Shown here: in pieces, positions 23,193-32,645 of the stretch
Layout of the letters: every line of letters begins with the position of its first letter
Position numbering within the stretch: the first letter of the stretch is position 1
Source: an uncultured Methanosarcinaceae archaeon
GTDB taxonomy: Archaea; Halobacteriota; Methanosarcinia; Methanosarcinales; Methanosarcinaceae
Assembly (NCBI GenBank): GCA_963727895.1
Contig: CAVSHT010000008.1
Span: forward strand, 64,001 to 128,000
Direction of reading: 5' to 3'
Length of the DNA: 64,000 nucleotides
The notes under the pieces: generated by a model
The model's database searches: none
What the model saw: the letters and a program-made list of their open reading frames with translations, nothing else
Told to the model about the DNA's origin: nothing
Translations under genes and position numbers: made by a program

Positions 23193-23390
23193 TTAGTATC
23201 TATCTTGTCTGGGTTTTCTGTGTTTAGGAAGACATTCTCTACAGTAAACCGGTCTTTCCGGGTCAGGTTCAAAAGGTACTTCGGTTTCAACACCACAATC
23301 AGAACATTTTGTCTTGTGCATTTCCCTGGGAGCTCCAAAGCCTCCACGGTTGCTGTCTCTTCCTCTGCTTCCTCTGTCATTAAAGGCCAT
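23193..23390 (-). CDS. CxxC-x17-CxxC zinc-ribbon small protein, copy B
   Basis: CSDC...VPFEPDPERPVYCREC, SD AGGTGA. Confidence 0.9.
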   Translation of the reverse strand: MAFNDRGSRGRDSNRGGFGAPREMHKTKCSDCGVETEVPFEPDPERPVYCRECLPKHRKPRQDRY

Positions 23391-23428
23391 TTGTTTTCAC
23401 CTTTGGTTTTAGTTGTTAGTTGTTGCTG

Positions 23429-23513
23429 AAAAATAAGATTGTATACGACTCTTTGGTTAAAAACAAAAATTGGTTTTTAACGACAGATTGTCATACATCT
23501 CTTTATTTTCAAT
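23429..23513 (-). promoter_or_regulatory. Conserved structured 5' leader, copy 2
   Basis: GUUAAAAAC-CAAUUUUU-GUUUUUAAC. G-C replaces the A-U pair of copy 1. Confidence 0.65.
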
Positions 23514-24009
23514 ATCTATACATTGCATTTAAAATATATAAGTATTCCTATAATTATAAAAATATTTTCATTTAAATGAAAGAAAAATTTGTGATCAGGG
23601 TTTCTGGAGTAGATAAAATGCCTAAAATTCCAATTCCGGCTGATTATCCGATAAAGCAAAATTGTTGACCCTGCAAAATGTTATCTTTTAAACCTGCAAA
23701 AATTACGGGTTTTTTAGCTCTCTTTTCTTAGCAAATGTATAAGGGAAGATTTCAGAAGACCCGCGGCAGGAAAATTATCTCTAAATAGAAGAGGAAGTAA
23801 TAAACGAAATTTCAGCGTCCTTCTTTAGCAATTATAGACATTAAGTGCAAAATATATAAACAACTCATTGTCTATAGAACTTCTCCATGTCAACGCAGAC
23901 GCGTTCCTGCAGAAAAGTGAAATATATATTTCAGGCATCTTTTTTAGACGCCTTTATTTCAGATACCTATATAAAGCATCTTTATTCTGATACTTTTAGA
24001 TCAATAAAA

Positions 24010-24363
24010 TCAATACGTAATGTAGCCTTTTCGCTCAAGCCATTCGACCTGGGGTCTTGTGTATTTCCAGGTTACTTCGGCTTTGGAGTCTTGGACTTCC
24101 CAGGGATTGGCTATGACAACATCGCCTTCGTGAATCCACATTCTCTTCTTTTTAGAGCCCGGTATCCTTCCCATGCGGACAATTCCATCCATACACTGAA
24201 GTGTTACCCTTTTCGAGCCGAGTAAACATGCAACTGTTGCCAGGACTTCATTTCTATCCTTGCGGGGGATTCGTACCCTGGATACTTCCTGGGTACTTCC
24301 TGAGTTTACCGGTTTTGATGATCCTAATCTTCTTTTTCTGATAGTGCTTCTATAATTAGCCAG
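24010..24363 (-). CDS. eif1a: Translation initiation factor aIF-1A, paralogue 1, probable CTG start (117 aa)
   Basis: RVRIP...EVLATV..LLGSKRV..QCMDG..RMGRIPG..KKRMWI.EGD.V...PWE.QD.KA...WKYTR.Q..WL..KGY. SD GAGG 7 nt upstream of CTG GCT AAT. Confidence 0.92.
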   Translation of the reverse strand: MANYRSTIRKRRLGSSKPVNSGSTQEVSRVRIPRKDRNEVLATVACLLGSKRVTLQCMDGIVRMGRIPGSKKKRMWIHEGDVVIANPWEVQDSKAEVTWKYTRPQVEWLERKGYITY

Positions 24364-24587
24364 GTTAATTCCTCGTTGGTATACTTTGATTAATTTTTGT
24401 AAAAGTTTGCTGTTGGGCAATTTGTACAGGTTCTCATTCTCGATATCGTTTTGTTCTTATTTTTCCTTGCCGCATGAGGGTGGAATAAATAAAGAAACAA
24501 AGAGAATAAACCAAAAAACAAAAAGAAAAGATGAATCAGGAGTTAATGTAAAATAATTACAAAATTAACGCCTAATACAGATTATCT

Positions 24588-24770
24588 TTAGAACTTCCTG
24601 TGGTTAGGAAGACAATCTCTGCAGTATACTGGCCTGCCTTCTGTGGGTTTGAACGGTACTTCGGTCTCAACACCGCAGTCAGAACAGGTCACTTTTGTCA
24701 TTTCCCTTGGTCCGCTGTTACCGCGGAAACCTCCGGAATTTCCCCTGAAATTTCTGTCATTAAAAGCCAT
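24588..24770 (-). CDS. CxxC-x17-CxxC zinc-ribbon small protein, copy C
   Basis: CSDC...VPFKPTEGRPVYCRDC, SD GGAGGTGA. Confidence 0.9.
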   Translation of the reverse strand: MAFNDRNFRGNSGGFRGNSGPREMTKVTCSDCGVETEVPFKPTEGRPVYCRDCLPNHRKF

Positions 24771-24809
24771 TTTCGTTTCACCTCCGCTCTAGCGGATAGT
24801 CAATAGTTT

Positions 24810-24890
24810 AAAAACAAGATTGTATAGACCCCTTGATTAAAAACGAAAATTGGTTTTTAATAACAGATTATACGTCTCTTTATTTTCAAT
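24810..24890 (-). promoter_or_regulatory. Conserved structured 5' leader, copy 3
   Basis: Same stem-loop as copies 1 and 2, with a TATA box at ~24911-24919. Confidence 0.65.
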
Positions 24891-24936
24891 ACATACACTA
24901 TACATTCAAATTATATAAATGCATCTATACAATATA

Positions 24937-26760
24937 TAGTCACCACTTTAAATAATGCGACATTTTATGTTTAAATGTATGTTTCTCCCAAAATTCATTC
25001 ATTTCTTCCTTTAATGCTTCAATATTTTTAAATGATTTTATTGACGTTAAGTTTTCTCTTGTCACTTTCCAACAGTATTTTGTTGGGTTTCTATCTGGAG
25101 TAGCTGGAGGGAAAAATATTATTTTCAACCAATGCTTATTATTTTGATAAAATTCCTTTGCCTTTGCTGATCTATGCCATGTAGCTCTGTCCAGTAAAAG
25201 AAATATCCTTATCCCTATATCTCTTTGAAACTTGATTAATGATTTTAAGTAAGAGTCTGTATTCTGTGTAATTCCTAAATCATACCAATAAAACTCTCCA
25301 TTTTCAGTGTAGAATCCCCCAATATTGATTTTTGCTTTTGAACCACTTGTAAATTTAATAGGTTTTGAGCCCTTTATTGCCCAACATCTGGATCTATTTG
25401 AATCCACACAAAAATTACTGGAATTGGTAATTAAAAATAGATATATGTGCTTATAACATATATTTCTTCATGAACTGCCCAAAATGTAATAGTTCCAGTC
25501 ACAAAAAGAATGGTATAGTTGGTGGTCGTCAAAGGTACAAATGCCATGATTGTGGATATAACTATACAGTAGAGCTAAAATCAACTGCTTTTTCCACTTA
25601 TGTAAAAAAACAGGCTTTACAACTTTACCTTGAAGGATTGGGCTTTCGTTCAATAGGAAGAGTTTTAGGGGTGAGTCATGTTTCTGTCCAAAGATGGATC
25701 AAGAAATTTGGTCAGGAGTTAGAGGACCTAAAAAGTGAAAATGAAATATCTATTGTTGAAATGGATGAAATGCACACTTACATCGGTAACAAACAAAATA
25801 TTGCTGGATCTGGATTGCTGTTGATAGAGTTGAGAAAAAGTTCATCAGCTGCTCTTTTGGCAGCAGAGGAACGGAAACTGGAAAATTACTCTGGGAAAAA
25901 TTGAAGAAAAAAGAGATTGGAGAAGTGATGACAGATCACTGGAGAGCATATGCAGAGTTTCTTCCTGAAACGATTCATACTCAATCCAAAGCAGAAACGT
26001 ATACTGTTGAAGGATATAACAGCATATTGAGGCACTTTCTGGCAAGGTTGAGAAGAAAGACAAAGTGTTATACGAAGAGTCTTGAAATGCTAAAGTACTC
26101 GGTTATTCTATTGATGAAATACAGAAATAAAGAACTAGATATATTTAGATAACAATACCAAATTACTTTCATCAGGGGTAACGAATAAATGATTAGGGTT
26201 TAGTAATCTGTTTTTTGGACTTCTCTTATGAATTATTTTTTAAGCACCTCATTTCTTCTTTTAGATTGAGGTCGACATGTGATTTTTCTCAACCCTAAAT
26301 TTTTTAAAATTTGTCTCATTCTTGATTTGGAATAAGATACTCCAAATTTTTCCTTGACAAATTGAACTGCATCTTTTGTTTGCCAACCACGAGAATAAAC
26401 ATCATCTGTTGGTATAGGTTCTAAAAATGCCTCTCTTAACTCAGATAATTGTTCTGCAGTTAAAAAAGACTTGATTCCTCGACCAGGTTTACATTTAAGA
26501 CTAAACAAACCGTCGGTTTCAGCTCGTTTTATCCAGCGATGAACAGTTGAACGGTGAACTGAAAAATCGTCGGCAACTTTAGCGGGACTCAAACCATTTT
26601 TGATCAATAATAAGGCTTGAAGTTTAATCTACACGTTTTTGTTACAGGAATTTATGATAGCTGTAGAAATATCAGAAGTTGTAAACATTTCCAAACTCAT
26701 ATATAAAATTATATACTCATTTCAGGTATAATAATGTTGCAGTAAATACAGAGGTGACTA
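24937..26760 (-). mobile_element. IS630-family element (TA TSD), interrupted by IS1 copy 4; transposase is a pseudogene
   Basis: TIR TAGTCACC...GGTGACTA flanked by TA. HTH ORF plus DDE ORF (DES, LDRATWH, PD.NP). In-frame TAG near 26630. Confidence 0.88.
25420..26159 (+). mobile_element. IS1-family element copy 4 (740 bp), nested in IS630, 8-bp TSD AAATTACT
   Basis: TSD at 25412-25419 and 26160-26167. The uninterrupted IS630 sequence is present in the second copy near 39760. Confidence 0.93.
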
Positions 26761-27173
26761 TAGTACACAACTTCTCAAAAAAGAGAATTTATTTAAAAAT
26801 AATTTATGGAGAAGATAACAGCTTATTTCCTGATAGCTCCTGAAAACAGAATTCAGTTAACAGGTTTACTGGAAAGCAGCTCTACAAAGGAAAAGATCAC
26901 TGCTATCAAAAAAGGCCCTTCAAAATGCTTCTTATAAACCTGCAAAAATCACGGGTTTTCAAGATTTCTTTTATTAACAACCATACTCGGGGAATATTCC
27001 GGCAAGTTGCCGGCAGAAAAATATATTAACTGAATTAAACGTGAAAAAGAGGTTATTTAAATAGTATTTCTGGATTAATGTAACCTTCAAAATAGTATTT
27101 CTAGGTTAATGTGATTTTTAAAAAAGTGAAAAAGAAATAAGTGTTGATGCAAACTTAATTGCAGAAATAACAC

Positions 27174-27362
27174 TTAGTATCTTCTGTTTTCTCTGGGAGT
27201 CCTGTGGTTAGGAAGACATTCTCTGCAGTAAACCGGTCTTTCTGGGTCAGGTTTAAAAGGCACTTCGGTTTCAACACCACAATCAGAACAGGTTGTCTTA
27301 TGCATTTCTCTTGGAGCACCGAAATTAGAATTTCCTCTGAAGTTTCTGTCATTAAAAGCCAT
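27174..27362 (-). CDS. CxxC-x17-CxxC zinc-ribbon small protein, copy A'
   Basis: Near-identical to copy A. Confidence 0.9.
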   Translation of the reverse strand: MAFNDRNFRGNSNFGAPREMHKTTCSDCGVETEVPFKPDPERPVYCRECLPNHRTPRENRRY

Positions 27363-27413
27363 TTTTGTTTCACCTTTGTTTTATTTTTTGTTTTAGTTTT
27401 TATTAATTGTTTT

Positions 27414-27498
27414 AAAATAAGATTGTATAGAACTTTCTGTTTAAAATCAAAAATTGGTTTTTAACAACAGATGATTATACGGATCTTTATTTATCAAC
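27414..27498 (-). promoter_or_regulatory. Conserved structured 5' leader, copy 4
   Basis: Same fold, with UCUGUU/AACAGA pairing in the middle stem. Confidence 0.6.
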
Positions 27499-27811
27499 AC
27501 ACGTACATGAATCTTAATATATATAAATTTTTCTATAAGGGGAGAACCTTCCTCAAATGAGAACCTATCTTAGATACAGAGCTTATAGAACAAATAAAAA
27601 TGCCCCTTATATTCTGATTCCAGATGATCATTGATAAAGCAAATCTGAAGGTACTGCAAACACTCTCCCAAAATTGTATATAGAACCTTGCTCACATCAA
27701 CATTAGATATATTCCTGCAGAAAAGTAAAATGATGGGTTTCAGGCATCTTTTTCAGACACCTCTATTTCAATTATTTATTATTATATTCGGCATTTTTAT
27801 AATTTAAAAAC

Positions 27812-28162
27812 TTATTTAATATAGCCTTTCCGTTCGAGCCATTCTATCTGGGGCCTTGTGTATTTCCAGGTTATTTCGGCTTTGGAGTCCTGAATTTCCC
27901 ACGGGTTAGCAATAACAATATCGCCTTCACGAATCCACATTTTTTTATGTTTAGAGCCTGGGATTCTACCCATTCGTACAACTCCGTCCATACACTGAAG
28001 TGTTACTCTTTTCGAACCGAGTAAACACGCAACCGTTGCCAGGACTTCATTTCTGTCCTTGCGAGGGATTCTTACTCTGGATACTTCAGGGGCATCTCCT
28101 GATCTTACGGGATTTGTCGACCCTAATCTTTTTTTTCGAATAGTGCTTCTGTAATTCGCCAG
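27812..28162 (-). CDS. eif1a: Translation initiation factor aIF-1A, paralogue 2, probable CTG start (116 aa). Absent from the ORF track.
   Basis: Hand translation: (M)[123 protein letters not shown] upstream of CTG. Confidence 0.9.
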   Translation of the reverse strand: MANYRSTIRKKRLGSTNPVRSGDAPEVSRVRIPRKDRNEVLATVACLLGSKRVTLQCMDGVVRMGRIPGSKHKKMWIREGDIVIANPWEIQDSKAEITWKYTRPQIEWLERKGYIK

Positions 28163-28406
28163 GTTAATTTCTCCTTGAGGATCTTGATTTAATTTGGATC
28201 TTGATTTAATTTATATCTAACTTGAAAATTGAATAGTTCGCATCGATTATTGTTCTCTATATTGTTTTGTTCTTACTTTTTCTGCTTCGATAGTGAAAAT
28301 AAGTAGAGAAACAAAGAGAACAAACCAAAAAAAACAAAAAGAAAAGATGAATCAGGGATTAATGTAAAACTTAATTACAAATTAATAGCACCTGATGCAG
28401 ATTATC

Positions 28407-28589
28407 TTAGAATTTCCTGTGGTTAGGAAGACAGTCTCTGCAGTATACTGGCCTACCTTCGGTGGGTTTGAATGGTACTTCTGTCTCAACACCGCAGTCG
28501 GAACAGGTCACTTTTGTCATTTCCCTTGGTCCGCTGTTACCGCGGAAACCTCCGGAATTTCCCCTGAAATTTCTGTCATTAAAAGCCAT
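28407..28589 (-). CDS. CxxC-x17-CxxC zinc-ribbon small protein, copy C'
   Basis: Protein identical to copy C, with synonymous differences only. Confidence 0.9.
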   Translation of the reverse strand: MAFNDRNFRGNSGGFRGNSGPREMTKVTCSDCGVETEVPFKPTEGRPVYCRDCLPNHRKF

Positions 28590-28628
28590 TTTCGTTTCAC
28601 CTCCGCTCTAGCGGATAGTCAATAGTTT

Positions 28629-28710
28629 AAAAACAAGATTGTATATACCTTTAAATTAAAAAACAAAAATTGGTTTTTAATAACAGATTATACGTCTCTT
28701 TATTTTCAAT
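28629..28710 (-). promoter_or_regulatory. Conserved structured 5' leader, copy 5
   Basis: Same motif, with a TATA box at ~28731-28739. Confidence 0.6.
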
Positions 28711-28949
28711 AGATACCTTACACAGGCAAATTATATAAATGCATCTATACAAAGGAATATACTATTAAAGTGATAAGAAATTTTATTGTCAGTATTTATG
28801 GACGAAGTACTAAAGTCTAAACTTCTTATTTCGGTTGTTCATAGCTAAAGCAAAGTCAATTTTCTCTGAAAAGGGCTCCTTATAAATTCGCAAAAAGAAG
28901 CATAAACTAATACAAAAATTGAAATTTACAGATATTTTTACAAGTCAGG

Positions 28950-29650
28950 TCAGAGAACCAATTCACCCTTTATCCAAAGTTCATCAAATTTTGTCTTGAA
29001 TCGCTTTGCATATGATTCATCATATATTCTTGTCATACCGAGGTTTCTACTTATATTGAACTGGTCTTCAATATCTAGCAGGGTTATCTTAGAATCAATG
29101 ATTGCAAAATTGTATTCGGTTTCTATAATTTTTACTTCCATTATATCCTTAATATGGTGTTTAAATGACATATCTTCTATTAAATCAATAAGCTCTTTTA
29201 ATGATGGCAGTAATTGTGATCTCGGATCTAAAATTTTAACTTTTATGCCACGCTGTACTAAACTCAAATAAGCTTTGCAAAAGGTGGATATTGAAGCATC
29301 ATATAGCTCCGATCCTCCTGGCTTGTACTTAACATGGATTACAAAACATATTTCATGCTCGATTTTCTCAAAAGATGAAGTTACCATTAGATGAAGTTAC
29401 CATTTCTTTTAGTTCATTATTACGAAGCCTGTCAGGCCAGAAGACAGTTTCAACATTTTGTGGTAAATTGTCGTTGCAAAGTTCCCTTTCTATTTCATCA
29501 AATGTTTCTTTGAGCATTTTGAGTTCATTGAGTGTTTCTTCCTCTTTTCTTTTGTACATGAGTTTAAATGCGCTTTTAGGATCAACCGCCTGGTATCTCT
29601 TTGGTCGCAACGGTTGGATTTCGACAAGCTCATAGCTTTTGAGGACTTTG
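28950..29650 (-). pseudogene. TrmB-family transcriptional regulator, 5'-truncated and frameshifted
   Basis: LVEIQ..RPKRYQAVDP motif and a C-terminal FAIID...F..LW domain. A 16-bp duplication at 29373-29404 shifts the frame. Confidence 0.7.
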
Positions 29651-29857
29651 AAAATTCGATTTTTTAATCATCCAGGTGTGTTTGGGAGAGATTTCAGCAA
29701 GCTGCTGGCAATGAAATATTTTTTAACTGTGTTGAATTGAAAATAAAATTCAAATTTCCATCCTTAGTAATTATAAATACCACTATAGCAGACTAATATG
29801 CGGGTTACTATAAAAAGCATTGAAAAATAATTATTTTGAATAGGTTGGTGTAATACT

Positions 29858-30919
29858 ATGAAAGGATTCGCAATGCTTGAAATTGGAAAAGTAGGCTGGA
29901 TTTATGCTGAAAAACCTTCCGCAGGACCATATGATGCAATCGTGAGGCCTATTGCGGTCGCACCGTGTACATCAGATGTTCATACTGTCTGGGAAGGTGC
30001 GCTTGGAAACCGCAAAAACATGATTTTAGGACACGAAGCTGTAGGTGTTATCGAAGAAATCGGGTCAGAGGTTAAAGACTTCAAACAAGGCGATAAAGTA
30101 ATTGTCCCTGCAATTACACCTGACTGGCGATCTATGGAGTCACAGGATGGAATGCCTATGCACTCAAATGGAATGCTTTCTGGATGGAAGTTTTCAAACT
30201 TCAAAAGTGGGGTCTTTGCAGAATATTTCCATGTAAATGATGCAGACATGAATTTAGCTCTACTTCCAAAAGGAATGCCCCTCGAACAGGCTGTCATGCT
30301 ATCAGATATGGCAACTACCGGAATACAGGGTGCAGAAATGGCAAATATTAAAACGGGCTCCACAGTTGCAGTCATAGGAATTGGTCCTGTTGGTCTAATG
30401 GCAGTGGCAGGTGCATCTATTCTTGGTGCAGGTAGGCTCATTGTAGTAGGAAGTCGGAAAGTCTGTGTTGATCTCGCTCTGGAATACGGAGCATCTGAAA
30501 TTATTGATTACAGAAAAGGTGGGCTTGTTGAACAGATTCTTGAAAAGACGAATGGAAAAGGTGTGGACTCTGTAATCATAGCAGGAGGAAATGAAAACAC
30601 AATTTCTGATGCAGTCAAAATTGTAAAACCCGGAGGCACGGTTTCAAACGTCAACTACTTCGGAACCGGAGATATACTGCCTATTCCACGTATAGAATGG
30701 GGATCTGGTATGTCTCACAAAGACATACGTGGGGGCTTGACAACCGGAGGTCGCCTGAGAATGGAAAGAATGGCAGACTTATGTACCTACGGAAGAATAA
30801 AACCAGAAAAAATGGCCACCCATGTGTTCAAAGGATTTGACAACGTGGAAAAGGCTCTTATGCTCATGAAAGAAAAACCGAGAGACCTGATCAAACCTGT
30901 TGTTCTTCTGGATGAATAA
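29858..30919 (+). CDS. adh: Zn-dependent, NADP-dependent secondary (isopropanol-type) alcohol dehydrogenase
   Basis: PCTSD.H, GHE, GWKFSN, DM.TTG, GIGPVG, VGSR (NADP-specifying), GGRLRME, DLIKPVV. Matches the Thermoanaerobacter/Clostridium secondary ADH type. Confidence 0.88.
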   Translation: MKGFAMLEIGKVGWIYAEKPSAGPYDAIVRPIAVAPCTSDVHTVWEGALGNRKNMILGHEAVGVIEEIGSEVKDFKQGDKVIVPAITPDWRSMESQDGMPMHSNGMLSGWKFSNFKSGVFAEYFHVNDADMNLALLPKGMPLEQAVMLSDMATTGIQGAEMANIKTGSTVAVIGIGPVGLMAVAGASILGAGRLIVVGSRKVCVDLALEYGASEIIDYRKGGLVEQILEKTNGKGVDSVIIAGGNENTISDAVKIVKPGGTVSNVNYFGTGDILPIPRIEWGSGMSHKDIRGGLTTGGRLRMERMADLCTYGRIKPEKMATHVFKGFDNVEKALMLMKEKPRDLIKPVVLLDE

Positions 30920-31134
30920 ACGAGTTAATACCCTCTCTCTAAACTCTTTACAAAACCCAGAGTTTTGAGAAAGGGGCATTTTCGCTTTAGGATTGTCAAT
31001 GGCAGATAAGAATTCGATATTTTTGGCGGTTAAGAATTCTCCAATTCTCAAACCTTGAATCTCAAATTATGGATTTTTTTGAATCTCAGAGCATCAGAAA
31101 TTTTTTTCATAATAGGAAGTCGAATGATTCTTTT

Positions 31135-31374
31135 TTATATTTCAGAATTCTTTTTTCCCTTAATCCAATTGTAAATAATATACAAAGATTCTAGCGCCAG
31201 CAGTGCTAAAGCCATATAAATAAGCAAGTTCTCCCATTTACTTTGTCTAGTTAAAACAGCAATGTTTTCATTCTTTTTTCTCAGCTTCCAACCGTTAAGA
31301 ACTTTGTATTCTATTTCTTTCTGTAATTCTTCTTTTGGAACGCGCATTATAATAACATTTGACATAAATTCCAT
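31135..31374 (-). CDS. Small hypothetical membrane protein
   Basis: 79-aa ORF with a C-terminal TM helix. Confidence 0.45.
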   Translation of the reverse strand: MEFMSNVIIMRVPKEELQKEIEYKVLNGWKLRKKNENIAVLTRQSKWENLLIYMALALLALESLYIIYNWIKGKKNSEI

Positions 31375-31554
31375 TCCTTTTCCTGAATTAAAACAATCGG
31401 ACAGGTTCGTAATATTTATTGTGTAGTTTATTGTTTAATGTTTTTGAAAATAAAGTTGATGTAAAGCTTGTCCAATATTATATTTTCGCTTAATTTGGAC
31501 TCTGAAAAAAAGATTTTAGATTTCATTTTTATTAATTACTTTTATAAACTCACC

Positions 31555-32049
31555 TTAAAACTTCAAACCATCATCAGTTAATGTAATATCGTAGTTTCCA
31601 ACAAAAAAAGTATCATGTACGTTTACACCGTTTATGGTTTGTCTTGGTGTATCGTCTATTTCTACCTCACTATCAGTTATATGGATTTTCTTGCCACCTA
31701 CATAAAAAATTCCGCTTATTGCAACATAACCGTCTTCTGTAATTTTAGCATTGAAAACAACATCACCGTTTTCTCTTTTTATTAATGTGAGGCCATTTTC
31801 TTTTTCAATTTCTCCTTGCACATCAAATTTTTCGTTTATTTGAGTAAATTCATTTCTATCGATTTTTGCTATTATTTCTGAATTATGATCCCGGATCTCT
31901 GTTGTCAGAATCAGATTTCCATCGCAGTTTTCCAGAGTAAATAATTGCGTCTTGTCTTCAGTGTTTTTGTCTGTCTGATATGACACTGTATATATCTGAT
32001 CTGCGTACACGTTCGATCCCATAATTAGCATATAATCGTCGTGAGTCAT
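31555..32049 (-). CDS. Hypothetical acidic beta-rich protein
   Basis: 164-aa ORF with SD GAGG and an upstream TATA. Confidence 0.65.
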   Translation of the reverse strand: MTHDDYMLIMGSNVYADQIYTVSYQTDKNTEDKTQLFTLENCDGNLILTTEIRDHNSEIIAKIDRNEFTQINEKFDVQGEIEKENGLTLIKRENGDVVFNAKITEDGYVAISGIFYVGGKKIHITDSEVEIDDTPRQTINGVNVHDTFFVGNYDITLTDDGLKF

Positions 32050-32645
32050 GTGGTTTCAGCCTCTGATTTTATGCATCTAATTTACCAGTATGATTATATA
32101 AAATGCTTCTTAATCAGTTTTTGTTGTGAAATTGTACTTAAAAATAATGGTATTGTTATCTAAACATAGTTAACTCTTTATTTCTTTATTTCATCAATAG
32201 AATAACCGAGTACTTTAGCATTTCAAGACTCTTCGTATAACACTTTGTCTTTCTTCTCAACCTTGCCAGAAAGTGCCTCAATATGCTGTTATATCCCTCA
32301 ACAGTATACGTTTCTGCTTTGGATTGAGTATGAATCGTTTCAGGAAGAAACTCTGCATATGCCCTCCAGTGATCTGTCATCACTTCTCCAATGTCTTTTT
32401 TCTTCACTTTTTCCCAGAGTAGTTTTCCAGTTTCCGTTCCTCTGCTGCCAAAAGAGCAGTTGATGAACTTTTTCCCAACTCTATCAACAGCAATCCAGAT
32501 CCAGCAATATTTTGTTTGTTACCGATGTAAGTGTGCATTTCATCCATTTCAACAATAGATATTTCATTTTCACTTTTTAGAGCCTCCAACTCTTGACCAA
32601 ATTTCTTGATCCATTTTTGGACAGAAACGTGACTTACCCCTAAAA

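Noticed and set aside
24364..24420. ORF-track N-terminal extension of aIF-1A from TTG 24420
   Set aside because: Not conserved in paralogue 2, which has an in-frame stop upstream. The SD sits just before the CTG.
22416..27373. Alternative-frame ORFs overlapping the zinc-finger genes (MKQKWLL..., MTEEAEE...)
   Set aside because: Shadows of conserved genes. The SD spacing and motifs favour the CxxC frame.
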